Positions 31,636-41,425 are shown, counted from the first letter of the stretch. The stretch: 64,000 bases of DNA from Synechococcus sp. (GCA_047285305.1 JBJBDL010000003.1:320001-384000); one strand, 5' to 3'. Made by a program: numbers and translations. Notes: generated from the letters alone by a model not told the origin.

Positions 31636-32457
31636 TCAGATCAGGAAGGGAAGGTTGGGCCGCTCGCGGTTGATTAGCCGAATCGCCAACCACACGCCCA
31701 CAAAATTGACCAACAAGATCAAAACGTTCTGCGACCAGACAACTTCACCAGTCATCAACGAGTGACGCACCGGACTAAGAACGCGATACAGCGGATTAAA
31801 ATTGGCAGTCCATTGCATGGCACCCAGATTCTTTTTCTCATAAAGAATCGGCGACAAGAGGAATATTAGCTGAAGTGCCACTGGCACCAATTGATAAAGG
31901 TCGCGGAAGCGAGTTCCAAGCAAGCAGATCAACACCGGAAACCAGTAAAGGAACAACAGAAGATTGAAAATAGGAAGCCAACCCACAAACAAATTAAGAA
32001 TCAAGCTGAGCTTGAAAAAGCTAAGAACACACACCACCAGAAGAAATGACATCAGAAATGTCTGCAGCTGAAACGACCATTCCTCCAAGGTGTAGAAAAC
32101 TGGATTGAGGTTGGTGTTATGCACATGCGAATGATTGTGCTCAAAAAGAGTGGGTGCCGAAGAGATCGCAGCGGCCATCGTGTTCCAGACCACCAACCCC
32201 AGGCCTAGATAAACCACATAGGTCTGAAAATCCTGAACCTTGAACACCGTGCCATACACAGCAGATAGCACCGCGACTGAAAACAGATTGGAGAGACCGA
32301 GCCAGAAGCTGCCGAAATAAGTGCGTACGAAACGGGCTCGGGTACGAGCCGTTGCGGTGAACCACCAGACGCGACGCATTCGCCAGGCTTCCCTAAGTGT
32401 GCTGAGCACACTGCGGCGCGCGGTGTTGGCAGAACCAGGCAAAAGCATGGCGGTCAT
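31636..32457 (-). CDS. wzm: Polysaccharide ABC-2 exporter permease (Wzm-like)
   Basis: FGSFWLGL, RFRDL, LSPILY, NPL; about six hydrophobic segments. Confidence 0.85.
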   Translation of the reverse strand: MTAMLLPGSANTARRSVLSTLREAWRMRRVWWFTATARTRARFVRTYFGSFWLGLSNLFSVAVLSAVYGTVFKVQDFQTYVVYLGLGLVVWNTMAAAISSAPTLFEHNHSHVHNTNLNPVFYTLEEWSFQLQTFLMSFLLVVCVLSFFKLSLILNLFVGWLPIFNLLLFLYWFPVLICLLGTRFRDLYQLVPVALQLIFLLSPILYEKKNLGAMQWTANFNPLYRVLSPVRHSLMTGEVVWSQNVLILLVNFVGVWLAIRLINRERPNLPFLI

Positions 32458-33227
32458 CAGGGTTGGTTGTAAAAAGCCAGGGCGTCGTTCAGCTGACCGT
32501 CGAAGACGATCCGGCCTGCCCTGAAAACCAAACCGCGGCTGCAGAAGCGCTTGAGCAGCCGCTCAGTGTGCGAGGCAAGCAACAAGGTTCCAGCGGTGTC
32601 GAGGAATCGCTCCAGGCGTTCCTGAGCCCGGTCATAAAAATCGTTATCTCCAGCACCGAAACCCTCGTCCATGGCCAGACAGTCGTGGCTGCCGCTGGTG
32701 AGCACCGCAAACAGCAGACGGGCCGCCATGCCCTGGCTGTAAGTCTTCAACGGCAAATGAATGAAATCGCCGAGACCAGCAAAGGTCACCACATCCTCCC
32801 GAAAAGCCTCGAAGCCGCGCAGGTTGCCGTGGACCAACAAGTAATGCGCCTTTACGGCCTGCAGACCACTGAGTTCATCGCTTGTGATGAAACTCTTGTG
32901 AATCATCGGGAACACAGGCACTTGAGCGTGAAACAGGCCGGCCGTGGGTTGGTAGATACCCGAAATCAGGCGTAAAAAAGTGCTCTTGCCCGAACCGTTA
33001 TGGCCGATCAGGGCGATTCGCTCACCCTCATGGATAGTGCAGTTGATCTCCTGCAAAGCCGTCACCACGGCCCCGCCCCGCTGGCGGCGCAATGATCCAC
33101 CAGTCACGGATCGGATCAATGAGGTCTTGAGACTGCGAGTCTCATTCGTGAACACTGGAATGTCGAGGCGCACACCTTCCAAGTGCAATGCCACCGGTGC
33201 AGAACGCCTGGAGCCTGAATCTGTCAT
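32457..33227 (-). CDS. wzt: Polysaccharide ABC exporter ATPase (Wzt-like, no C-terminal CBM)
   Basis: GHNGSGKST, PLKTYSQGMAARL, DEGFGAGD, ASH; start MTDSG at 33227. Confidence 0.9.
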   Translation of the reverse strand: MTDSGSRRSAPVALHLEGVRLDIPVFTNETRSLKTSLIRSVTGGSLRRQRGGAVVTALQEINCTIHEGERIALIGHNGSGKSTFLRLISGIYQPTAGLFHAQVPVFPMIHKSFITSDELSGLQAVKAHYLLVHGNLRGFEAFREDVVTFAGLGDFIHLPLKTYSQGMAARLLFAVLTSGSHDCLAMDEGFGAGDNDFYDRAQERLERFLDTAGTLLLASHTERLLKRFCSRGLVFRAGRIVFDGQLNDALAFYNQP

Positions 33228-33291
33228 CGCACTGGCGGCCAGCACTCCACACCCCAAAAAACCACTCGAGAGTACCGGCTCAAATCTGAAT

Positions 33292-34401
33292 TCATCGCAC
33301 CGATTGCCATTGCTCCAGCTGCTGGAACCACACAGAGCGCTGGAACAAACTCCGATATCGCTGCCGAGAGTGGCGACCCAGCGCCGCTCTCTGCTCAGGG
33401 TCTGATTGCAGCTGACGCAGCACGTCAACAAGAGCCGCCGGCTGTTGCGACCAAGGGAACTGCTCCAACTGGCCAACCCAGCCCATGCCTGATCGCCTTT
33501 TCTGAAAGGCCAGGGACGGGATTCCGGCAGCCATCGCTTCCAGCTGAACAATGCCGAAGGCTTCATTGCAACGATCAGACGGCAGCACAAGCAAATCCGC
33601 CCGAGCCAGACACTGCAGCTTGGCCCCTTCACAAACGCGGCCGTGAAAACACACCGCTGACGTGGAGCCAAACAGCGCTTGGGCCTGGGCTACTAACGCT
33701 GCGCGCTTGGGACCATCTCCAACTACGTCAAGCCGCCAGGGCTGGGGCAGCTGCGCCAATGACTCCAGCAGCCAATCCACGCGCTTGTAGCTATCGAGCC
33801 TGCCAATGAAAAGCACAGACATGAAAGCTGTCCCAATAGACCGCCGTTCCGGAAGCGATAGAGCCGCCTTTTCCTGTTCGGCACTAAGGCAGCAGGGCAA
33901 CACATGAATACGTGCCGGGCTGCAGCCGCGACGCCCAAGCTCTTCCGCCAGCAAAGGAGACGTGGTGATCACGGCCGACAACCAGGGCACCGTCATCTGG
34001 GCGAGCCATTGATAGACGGCAAAAAGGCGGCCGTTGAGACCAGGCGAGTGCTCCAGAAAACAGTGCCAATGAGCAGTGACCCGGCGCCTGGGCCGGAGCA
34101 ACCGCGCCAAGAGCAGGAGCACCAACACCTCCGGCGAGGGCAGGTGGCCATGCAAGGGCCGGGAGGACAACAGCAGCTCCAATAGAGAACTTGACGGCAG
34201 AGGAACAAGCAGTCGCCCCGCCTTAAATCGCGGAAGGCGAATGCGGGCATAGGACACCGGCAGCGGATCCGGCTCAAGCCGCCGCTGCGGCTGTGCATCA
34301 AAGCTGTAGAGAGCCCCACACCACACAAGGGCCAGCTCATGAGCCACACGTTCCACGCCGCCATAGCCCGGCGGCCACTCCCGCAGCAACTGAATGGTCA
34401 T
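33292..34401 (-). CDS. Glycosyltransferase family 4
   Basis: GGVERVA, FIGRL..YKRVD, EAFGIVQLEAMAAG. Confidence 0.9.
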   Translation of the reverse strand: MTIQLLREWPPGYGGVERVAHELALVWCGALYSFDAQPQRRLEPDPLPVSYARIRLPRFKAGRLLVPLPSSSLLELLLSSRPLHGHLPSPEVLVLLLLARLLRPRRRVTAHWHCFLEHSPGLNGRLFAVYQWLAQMTVPWLSAVITTSPLLAEELGRRGCSPARIHVLPCCLSAEQEKAALSLPERRSIGTAFMSVLFIGRLDSYKRVDWLLESLAQLPQPWRLDVVGDGPKRAALVAQAQALFGSTSAVCFHGRVCEGAKLQCLARADLLVLPSDRCNEAFGIVQLEAMAAGIPSLAFQKRRSGMGWVGQLEQFPWSQQPAALVDVLRQLQSDPEQRAALGRHSRQRYRSLFQRSVWFQQLEQWQSVR

Positions 34402-36881
34402 GGGCTAGCCAAAGGCAACTGCAACCAGGGATGACGCTGCTGCAGAGTGCGCGAGAGGGCCCGCCAGTTGCTGTTGGTAGCGGTGTGACTCATCGACTGA
34501 TCGTGACTGCGGTATTCGGCCAGGATGCGCGGACACTGGATGCCATGGAAGCCAGCTTCGATCAACTTGCACCAGAAATCGAAGTCTTCCCAACCCCCTT
34601 CGATGTGCGTGTAGCCACCGACCTTCTCCCAAGCGCTACGACGCACCAGGGCCATCGCATCCACCATATTTTCAAAGCGAAACCGGCCCCGCTGCCAGCT
34701 CTGGGAACGCACTAAGGAACGCTGATCGTCAGGCCGGCCAGGTTCGACCTGCACCGCCAGCAACGGGTGCACCACCGCGAGCCGATTGTCACCACAAGTC
34801 GCCAACTGCAGACAAGCCTGCACTGCAGGGGGATAAAGGGCGTTATCTGCATCAAGCACTAAACACCAGGGCGCCTGGGCCGCCGCAAAAGCAGTATTGC
34901 GGGCGGTCGCCAAACCCGCATTACGGCTGTGACAAAGCAACAGCAGACGACTAAAAATATGGCTCGGCCTCCGGATCTGCGCCTGCATCCAGGTCGCCAC
35001 CACCTCTGCCCCATCGTCGCTAGAGGTGTCATCTACCACGATCAGCTCCAGCCGCTCGGTGGTCTGAGCAGCCACACTTTCCAGCGCTGCGGAGATGCGA
35101 TCGGCGTAGTTGAACAGGCTGATAACTACCGCCGCAGTTGGCTGCTGGCCATCGCTCCAGTGGAACCGCTCCTGCATAGGCGGCGCGGGCCGATCCTCCG
35201 CCAGCGCCATCAACGGGGTGCCGAGATGCCGTGCCCTGAGATCCGCCGGATTGGTGAACGGCGGCAACGCTAAAAGCGAAGCCTTCAGACCCGATAAATG
35301 CGTGCAGGACTCCAACAAGGCTTGGTCGCCAGTCACTAAGCAGACGGCTGAGCGAGCAGCCTGCTGCAACCACCCGGCCCGGGCTAGACCTTCGGCGGGA
35401 GTCTGAACTATCAACTCAGGCCATCCCGGCAAGTATTGAATGGCAGGCTGCGGACACTGCCCATGGCTGACCTCGCGGGCCAAGGCCCGATCGAAGGCCT
35501 CACCCGCAGAACCAAGCAGCACCAGAGAGCCCTGCTCCGGTGGGGCAAGACCCAGGTAGCGTGCCCACACATGAGGCTCGTTCGCTGCGGCCTGATCCAA
35601 CCATCCGTTAAGAGGTTCTTCCGGATCCAGCCAGGCCACCGTTACGCCACAAGCCTGAAGCAGCCGGACACGGGCGGGTTCTGGATCGAACACCAAAGGC
35701 TGGGCGCGCAAATGACCAAGCCACTGCTCGCGCCGATTCAAAGGTGGCAGCTCCAGGTTGATTAATAGCTTTTCAAGCGTTCCCGGCACTAACGCTGGGT
35801 TACGGAGCACCAGCTGATTAGGAGCGCTGCGCTGGTAATCCGGTATCAGTAGTTCCAGCCCATCCATCGGAAGGCACTGCATAAAGAAGTGAGGCTGCAG
35901 CTCCATCCAGCTGGCACCACAGAGCTCTACCGCCAGTTCTGCCGCCAACGGCGGCAGCTTGGCCGGATGGGACACGGGGTAATGTCGATGGTGTTCCAGC
36001 CAGGCATCCCAACACTCGGGGGTGGAGGCAAGTGCAGCCCCCTGGGTGGGCTCACTCAGTGCCTGAACGAGACGGGATGGTGGTGTGGAAGATGGCATCC
36101 GCGTCGGAATCGGCTGACACAGAAGCCGTTTATGTAGCCGACGCACGGCTGAATCCAAAACGCGCGCATTCGCGATGCGCAGGCTGCGTCGATGGCTTGG
36201 CTCTATCAAAGCCAGGGCATTTGCACGTTGCTCATGAGAAGGTTGCAGTGTTGGCAGCGCCTCGATCAACTCCTCCAATTGGTGGTGAGGCTGCTGAAAC
36301 CAACGACCAAAATCAACCACCGACAAAGCCATCCCAGCGGCACGAGCTTGGTGCACCACCTCCAGGTTGTGACGCCACCACAACTGCTGTGCTCGGTTGA
36401 CATCCATACCCGTAAGCGGACCATCGCGACGCAGCAGTGATGCGGTGACCTCGGCTGGATCCCGTACGGCTAGCAAAAGCTGAACAGGGAAGTCGAGCTC
36501 ACGGGCCAGCTCGAGCCAGAGCGGCAACAGTCGGCTGCAGCGGGGATCTTTGATCGCCCACAGCGAAAGCTGGCGGAGGACCTCCGGCTCCAACAATTCG
36601 CGCAGAGACGATCTTGCTTGTTCAGTGGCCGGATGGCTTAGCCACTGATCCGGCAAGGCCAGGGTGCCCTCTGGTGCTGGCCACCAACGCTGCAGATCAA
36701 TCAGCAATCGCTCATGAATGGCCACCACGGCATCCCACTCGAAATAGCCCTCTGGGTTGTGCTGATCTCCATCGATGATTTCGCCAGGCAAAGCCACACC
36801 AAGACGCTGCAGCACTCCACACAACAGAGAAGTGCCGCTGCGATGCATACCAAGCACCAACAGCAGAGGAGGCCGAGCCAA
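34398..36881 (-). CDS. Sulfotransferase-like domain / GT2 fusion protein
   Basis: N-terminal LGMHRSGTS, KDPR, VRDP.EV..SL..R; C-terminal VISLFNY, VVDD.S.D, LVLDADN, GWEDFDFW. Confidence 0.85.
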   Translation of the reverse strand: MARPPLLLVLGMHRSGTSLLCGVLQRLGVALPGEIIDGDQHNPEGYFEWDAVVAIHERLLIDLQRWWPAPEGTLALPDQWLSHPATEQARSSLRELLEPEVLRQLSLWAIKDPRCSRLLPLWLELARELDFPVQLLLAVRDPAEVTASLLRRDGPLTGMDVNRAQQLWWRHNLEVVHQARAAGMALSVVDFGRWFQQPHHQLEELIEALPTLQPSHEQRANALALIEPSHRRSLRIANARVLDSAVRRLHKRLLCQPIPTRMPSSTPPSRLVQALSEPTQGAALASTPECWDAWLEHHRHYPVSHPAKLPPLAAELAVELCGASWMELQPHFFMQCLPMDGLELLIPDYQRSAPNQLVLRNPALVPGTLEKLLINLELPPLNRREQWLGHLRAQPLVFDPEPARVRLLQACGVTVAWLDPEEPLNGWLDQAAANEPHVWARYLGLAPPEQGSLVLLGSAGEAFDRALAREVSHGQCPQPAIQYLPGWPELIVQTPAEGLARAGWLQQAARSAVCLVTGDQALLESCTHLSGLKASLLALPPFTNPADLRARHLGTPLMALAEDRPAPPMQERFHWSDGQQPTAAVVISLFNYADRISAALESVAAQTTERLELIVVDDTSSDDGAEVVATWMQAQIRRPSHIFSRLLLLCHSRNAGLATARNTAFAAAQAPWCLVLDADNALYPPAVQACLQLATCGDNRLAVVHPLLAVQVEPGRPDDQRSLVRSQSWQRGRFRFENMVDAMALVRRSAWEKVGGYTHIEGGWEDFDFWCKLIEAGFHGIQCPRILAEYRSHDQSMSHTATNSNWRALSRTLQQRHPWLQLPLASP

Positions 36882-36927
36882 AGGTTGAGGCAGCAGGATG
36901 GCGGGACGCTAACTCGCATGCCGCTGC

Positions 36928-37701
36928 ATGCCTCTCCAAAAGACGGTGTCTTCATGGATCCACTGGCCCCGCCAGCGCTTGCCCCACTTTCTCGGGCTCG
37001 GCACACAGAAGGGAGGCACTACCAGCCTGCAAAAACTGTTAGAGCGGCATCCAGAGGTTTATCTGCCCTCCTGCAAGGAGGTCCATTACTTCAGTAAGCA
37101 CTCCGAACAGTCAGCGGACTGGTACGCCTCGCATTACCGAAATGCAGGACCTGGCCAAAGACGGGGGGACATCACGCCCTTTTATCTTTTCCATCCCGAT
37201 GTTCCTGGCCGCATCCGCGCGCTATTGCCGAGGACCAAGATGATCGTGCTGTTGCGAGATCCCGTAGAACGGACACTCTCACAGGTGTTCCATGCTCGCA
37301 GGCATGGCTTTGAAGTGCTGGAAGTAGCGGAAGCACTTGCGGCAGAGCGAGAACGGCTGGCCACCGGCAGTGCCTACAGTTTCCAGAAGCACAGCTATGT
37401 AGCGCGAAGCCGCTACCTAGAGCAGCTGGATCGCTACGAAGCGCTTTTTCCTAAGCGACAACTTTTGGTGCTGAAAAGCGAAGACCTATTCACCAACACC
37501 GAACATGTTTGGGACTCCGTTCAGAAATTCCTGAACGTGAAGGCGATCCCGCTGCCTATGGAGCTACCTAAAGCCAATGCTGGTAGCGGAGAGGCTGCGG
37601 AGGTGGCTCACTCCGTGCGAGCCAAGCTCAGAGACGCGCTTTCAACCACCGCTTCAGGCGTGAAGCACCGCTACGGAATCGACTGGGGCTGGGGGGAATA
37701 G
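36928..37701 (+). CDS. PAPS-dependent sulfotransferase
   Basis: GTQKGGTTSL (5'-PSB), KEVHYF, LLRDPVERTLS (3'-PB). Confidence 0.9.
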   Translation: MPLQKTVSSWIHWPRQRLPHFLGLGTQKGGTTSLQKLLERHPEVYLPSCKEVHYFSKHSEQSADWYASHYRNAGPGQRRGDITPFYLFHPDVPGRIRALLPRTKMIVLLRDPVERTLSQVFHARRHGFEVLEVAEALAAERERLATGSAYSFQKHSYVARSRYLEQLDRYEALFPKRQLLVLKSEDLFTNTEHVWDSVQKFLNVKAIPLPMELPKANAGSGEAAEVAHSVRAKLRDALSTTASGVKHRYGIDWGWGE

Positions 37702-38536
37702 CTACTACTGATTGTTTTGTCCCGACAGACACACCACGCACCCGCAGCAGCAAGGGCACAGTCAGCATGGCGGGATGGCTGATGCCGTGCTCCCAGAGCC
37801 CATCTTCCCCCCAGCAGTCGCCATAGACAGCGCAAAGAAGCACTGCTCCATCACGAAAGCGATCTAACAATGGTGCGAGCTGGTGGTCCACCCACTCCAG
37901 GAATGCCCTCTGGCGTCGAGCACTCTCTTCCGCACTGCAGTGCTCATCCCCAAAAGGGACATATGGACCGAGCCAGCGCTCCCATTTCGCCCCTGCATGC
38001 GAGTAGGGAAAATGGGTTTCGCCCACATTTAGAAAAGCGAACCGAGGCATTTCTTCTGGCAATTCGGACAAAGATCCATCAATCCATAAGAGCTGAGCTT
38101 GCAAGTTCCAAGTATTTCTGGAGAACCAAAAGTGATCAAACGGCTCAGCAAGAACAGAGCCTGAAGCAGAAGAAGTGTTAATCCATTCTGCTAACGCTGT
38201 CAATATAGTCGTACAATTAGGATGATCCAAAACTTCAATTATATTGTTTCACTTAAACGAAGTCCTTGATCAACATCTTTTTTAGCGGACCCTGAATAAG
38301 ACAACCCAAACAGCTTGGCCACCTTAGGATTCAATAATGGAGATTCACAGTCAACAACTCCAGGGGTAAAACCCATCTAAAAAGCAGCGTGACTACCATG
38401 TGCAAAATACGAAGACGAAAAGCCTTATGAAGAGGAGCGATTGAAGCAATATTTGGAATAAAACCACCATCAAAAGCTTTTTGAAGGTGTCAAATCTACA
38501 ATAATCTAGAACAATGAAAAGAATATCTTTTGTCAC
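37628..38536 (-). pseudogene. Decayed paralogue of the 8315-9142 STM4013-like hydrolase
   Basis: ILFIVLDYCRFDTF, SIAPLHKA, HGSHAAF*MGFTPG (TAG at 38377-38379), NPK, ETHFPY, GDCWGEDGLWEHGISHP spread across frames. Confidence 0.85.
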
Positions 38537-38729
38537 AGCATTAAAGTTGAACTGAATTATTCTAAACGAGGCAATCGAAGGCAAAGATTGATACTATGTT
38601 CTCTCAGCAATTTCAATCATGCAATTTGGAAGTCGAGTAAAATCAAGAGATCCTGTAAACTTATTGCAAACCACATGACAAGACTTTGCTTTTAAATCAA
38701 ATTTAAAAGCAAATACTATTAAACACAAC

Positions 38730-39932
38730 TTACCTAATCAACATTATTTCGTCTTCAAATTCAATTTGAACACATTTATTATTAGAGCTCAAAATACTAC
38801 CAAAAGAGCCTCGGCTGGGATCAATGATTGAATGAAATGCCGACCATAAGGCTTCTGTCAAGCCAAAAGGCCTCTTCTCATATTTCCACAAACGCCTCAA
38901 ACCTTGCCTTGCATTTGCGGGTTTATGAACAAACAGACTCCTAATTGCACCCTCCAAAAAACATCCCTTCAAAAGAAGACCCCAGTCCCCCAGCAGCTCA
39001 CCATGATCGCTACAGATAGTAATAGCTGTATTATCAAGAAAACCATTCACCTCCAAACTTCGCATAATTCTGCCAACCTGAGCATCAAGCAAATGCATAT
39101 GATCTGCATAGTCAGCTCTTAAAGCACTAACTGAAGCGAGAGGTATGCCATCAGGCCAACGTTGCAACTTTCGGCTCAAAACACTGCCTCTTGGAGCATA
39201 TTTATTAAGCTGCTCCAAAGAATCAGGACGCAATTCTGGGGAAGGTATTAGACCATGAAATCCCCTCCAGGAAGTGGGGACATCAAATGGTTCATGCGGG
39301 CCCGAAAAACTAATCCAAAAGAACCATGGAGTATCTCTTGGCAAATCATTGATTTCTTCAAGAGCCACATTTCCAAGCCAAATATCTGGATACAAATGAT
39401 CAGGCAAAGGCGTCGGGTTAGTATCATGAACAATAGAATTAGAATATCTACGTAGTAAATCATTTCGATATAACTCAAGAACACCCTCTTTGCGCCAGAC
39501 ATCTGTCAACTCACACTCTAAGACTCCCAGCGCTCTTGGACCCGCGATTTCTCTAAATCTCGAGAAACCTAAATCGCAAAGCAGGCCTGCATTATCTCTT
39601 AAATCTACTCCTTTTTCATGAGGGGTCCAATGAGTCTTTCCAATTAAGCGAGTGTGGAAGCCATGCAAATTTTTAAGCTGACGAACAAATGAGGGCGAAT
39701 CTGAAGGAAGAGTGAATACCTGATTAGAAGTTACACCTAATTGACTAGGCCTCAAGCCTGTAATCCAGCTTGCTCTGGCAGGTATACATTGCGGGCTTGA
39801 GGTATAACAGCGACGAACGTCCCAACCCTGAGATGCAACTTGACGTATCGACGGGACATTAAGCCAATCCTGATGCAACCAGTCACCCCTCCATTGATCA
39901 AAAGTAATTAATAACCAATTGGGAGGATTCAT
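38730..39932 (-). CDS. Formylglycine-type (S1) sulfatase
   Basis: DQWRGD, CIPARASWITG (CxPxR), GKTH, GPHEPF, SDHGE. Confidence 0.9.
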   Translation of the reverse strand: MNPPNWLLITFDQWRGDWLHQDWLNVPSIRQVASQGWDVRRCYTSSPQCIPARASWITGLRPSQLGVTSNQVFTLPSDSPSFVRQLKNLHGFHTRLIGKTHWTPHEKGVDLRDNAGLLCDLGFSRFREIAGPRALGVLECELTDVWRKEGVLELYRNDLLRRYSNSIVHDTNPTPLPDHLYPDIWLGNVALEEINDLPRDTPWFFWISFSGPHEPFDVPTSWRGFHGLIPSPELRPDSLEQLNKYAPRGSVLSRKLQRWPDGIPLASVSALRADYADHMHLLDAQVGRIMRSLEVNGFLDNTAITICSDHGELLGDWGLLLKGCFLEGAIRSLFVHKPANARQGLRRLWKYEKRPFGLTEALWSAFHSIIDPSRGSFGSILSSNNKCVQIEFEDEIMLIR

Positions 39933-39980
39933 GTTGATTAACTTAACATATAATCACTATGGCACAATCCTGGATAGTTT

Positions 39981-41330
39981 TCATCTTCCTGTAGCCTTGA
40001 GAATTATTTTTATAGTTCGAATAGCAATAGAAACATCCAGCCAAGTGTTGAAATTTTTTATATAAAAAAGATCGTAAGAAAGCTTCAGATCCGATTCCTC
40101 AATACTACTTGCATATGGAGCACTCACCTGAGCCCAACCACTCAAACCAGGACGCATCCAATGACGTTTACGGTAGTGGGGGATGCTCTTCTCTAATTGC
40201 CGCTCCAACTCTGGCCGCTCTGGTCGCGGACCAATCAAACTCATCTCACCAATGAGGACATTGAAGAGTTGAGGTAGTTCATCCAGCCGAACCTTTCGTA
40301 AAAGGCTACCTACCTTTGTAATTCTCTGGTCACCAGGCTGGGTCCACTCTGGAGGTGAATCCAGCGGCTGCACCGACATGGTGCGTAACTTAAAGACCGT
40401 GAACTCTCGCCCAAGCCAACCGCTACGACGTTGCGAGTAAAAAACTGGACCACGATCCTCTAGCCAAATCAATAAAGCTGCCATAGCAATCAATGGTGCT
40501 GTTACCAAAAGAAGTACAAAAGCCACAAAGAGATCAGCCATGCGCTTGAGCTGGGACTGGACACTGAAAAGAGAGGCCCAGGGGAGATCGTCATAGGTGA
40601 AGGAAATATCTCCCATCAACGCGGGTGGCAGGCGTTCTTGTTGGTGCTCAAACAAACTGAGAACCGACATACTGCGGACGAGACGTGGATCGCGCATCTC
40701 AAGGCTCTCAAGCAGCGAGCGATGACTTGGATCACGGCGCACCTCCGAACTCACTGCCACAAGTAGAGGCTGTTCCGATTGATCCAGGCGCCGTTGTAAA
40801 CGCAATGAATCAACAGGTGTCAGCCGTTGCCTATGGGGGATTCGCTGCCACACCGAGAGAACTTTATTGATCTCGTTCTGCTGAGCCAACAGCAAAAGCC
40901 TGGGACTTCCAGGGAGCAACAGACCTCGCCGCAGTGCCAGGCGCACCAGGAAGGACCAGCCGGTGAGTCCAAGCATCCACACCATCTGCACGCTGCGGTA
41001 CACCAGCCATATGGAATCGGCGGGATTGATCAACCAACGGGCAACGGCCACAACCATCACGCTCACGGTCGACGTGATCATGAGCCGCTGCAACAGAACC
41101 AGCAGGGCTAGACGACGCCAGCGCAAAACCGTATAGCTGCCAAACAACCAGCCCAAAAAGGGGTAAAGCAAAAGCGAAAACAACAACCAGCCCCCTTGCC
41201 CTTCCAAGCTGCTACCTCCGATCTGCCATCCAACGAATGGCAGTACCCAGAGAATCCAACCCAGGATCAAAAGCTGACCGACACCATCGAGCAGCATCGC
41301 CCGCAGGATCAGCGTGCGCGGATCATGCAT
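39981..41330 (-). CDS. Priming polyprenyl-phosphate glycosyl-1-phosphate transferase (WbaP/WcaJ-like)
   Basis: N-terminal TMs; KRMADL, FKLRTM, LDELPQ, MSLIGPRPE, PGLSGWAQV, YDLFYI. Confidence 0.92.
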   Translation of the reverse strand: MHDPRTLILRAMLLDGVGQLLILGWILWVLPFVGWQIGGSSLEGQGGWLLFSLLLYPFLGWLFGSYTVLRWRRLALLVLLQRLMITSTVSVMVVAVARWLINPADSIWLVYRSVQMVWMLGLTGWSFLVRLALRRGLLLPGSPRLLLLAQQNEINKVLSVWQRIPHRQRLTPVDSLRLQRRLDQSEQPLLVAVSSEVRRDPSHRSLLESLEMRDPRLVRSMSVLSLFEHQQERLPPALMGDISFTYDDLPWASLFSVQSQLKRMADLFVAFVLLLVTAPLIAMAALLIWLEDRGPVFYSQRRSGWLGREFTVFKLRTMSVQPLDSPPEWTQPGDQRITKVGSLLRKVRLDELPQLFNVLIGEMSLIGPRPERPELERQLEKSIPHYRKRHWMRPGLSGWAQVSAPYASSIEESDLKLSYDLFYIKNFNTWLDVSIAIRTIKIILKATGR

Positions 41331-41425
41331 CTCGATCGCAAATCAACAGCATCAATACCGCCTCCAATCATGAAGTCAAAAGCGAAATAGATGACGTCAA
41401 AAAGTCACCAAATGGAATTTAAAAA

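Noticed and set aside
33228..33671. Long N-terminal extensions in the ORF track (wzt, ycf23, cobH, SH3-like gene, GT4 at 9061)
   Set aside because: They overlap neighbouring genes; downstream ATGs give family-typical lengths and coupled junctions
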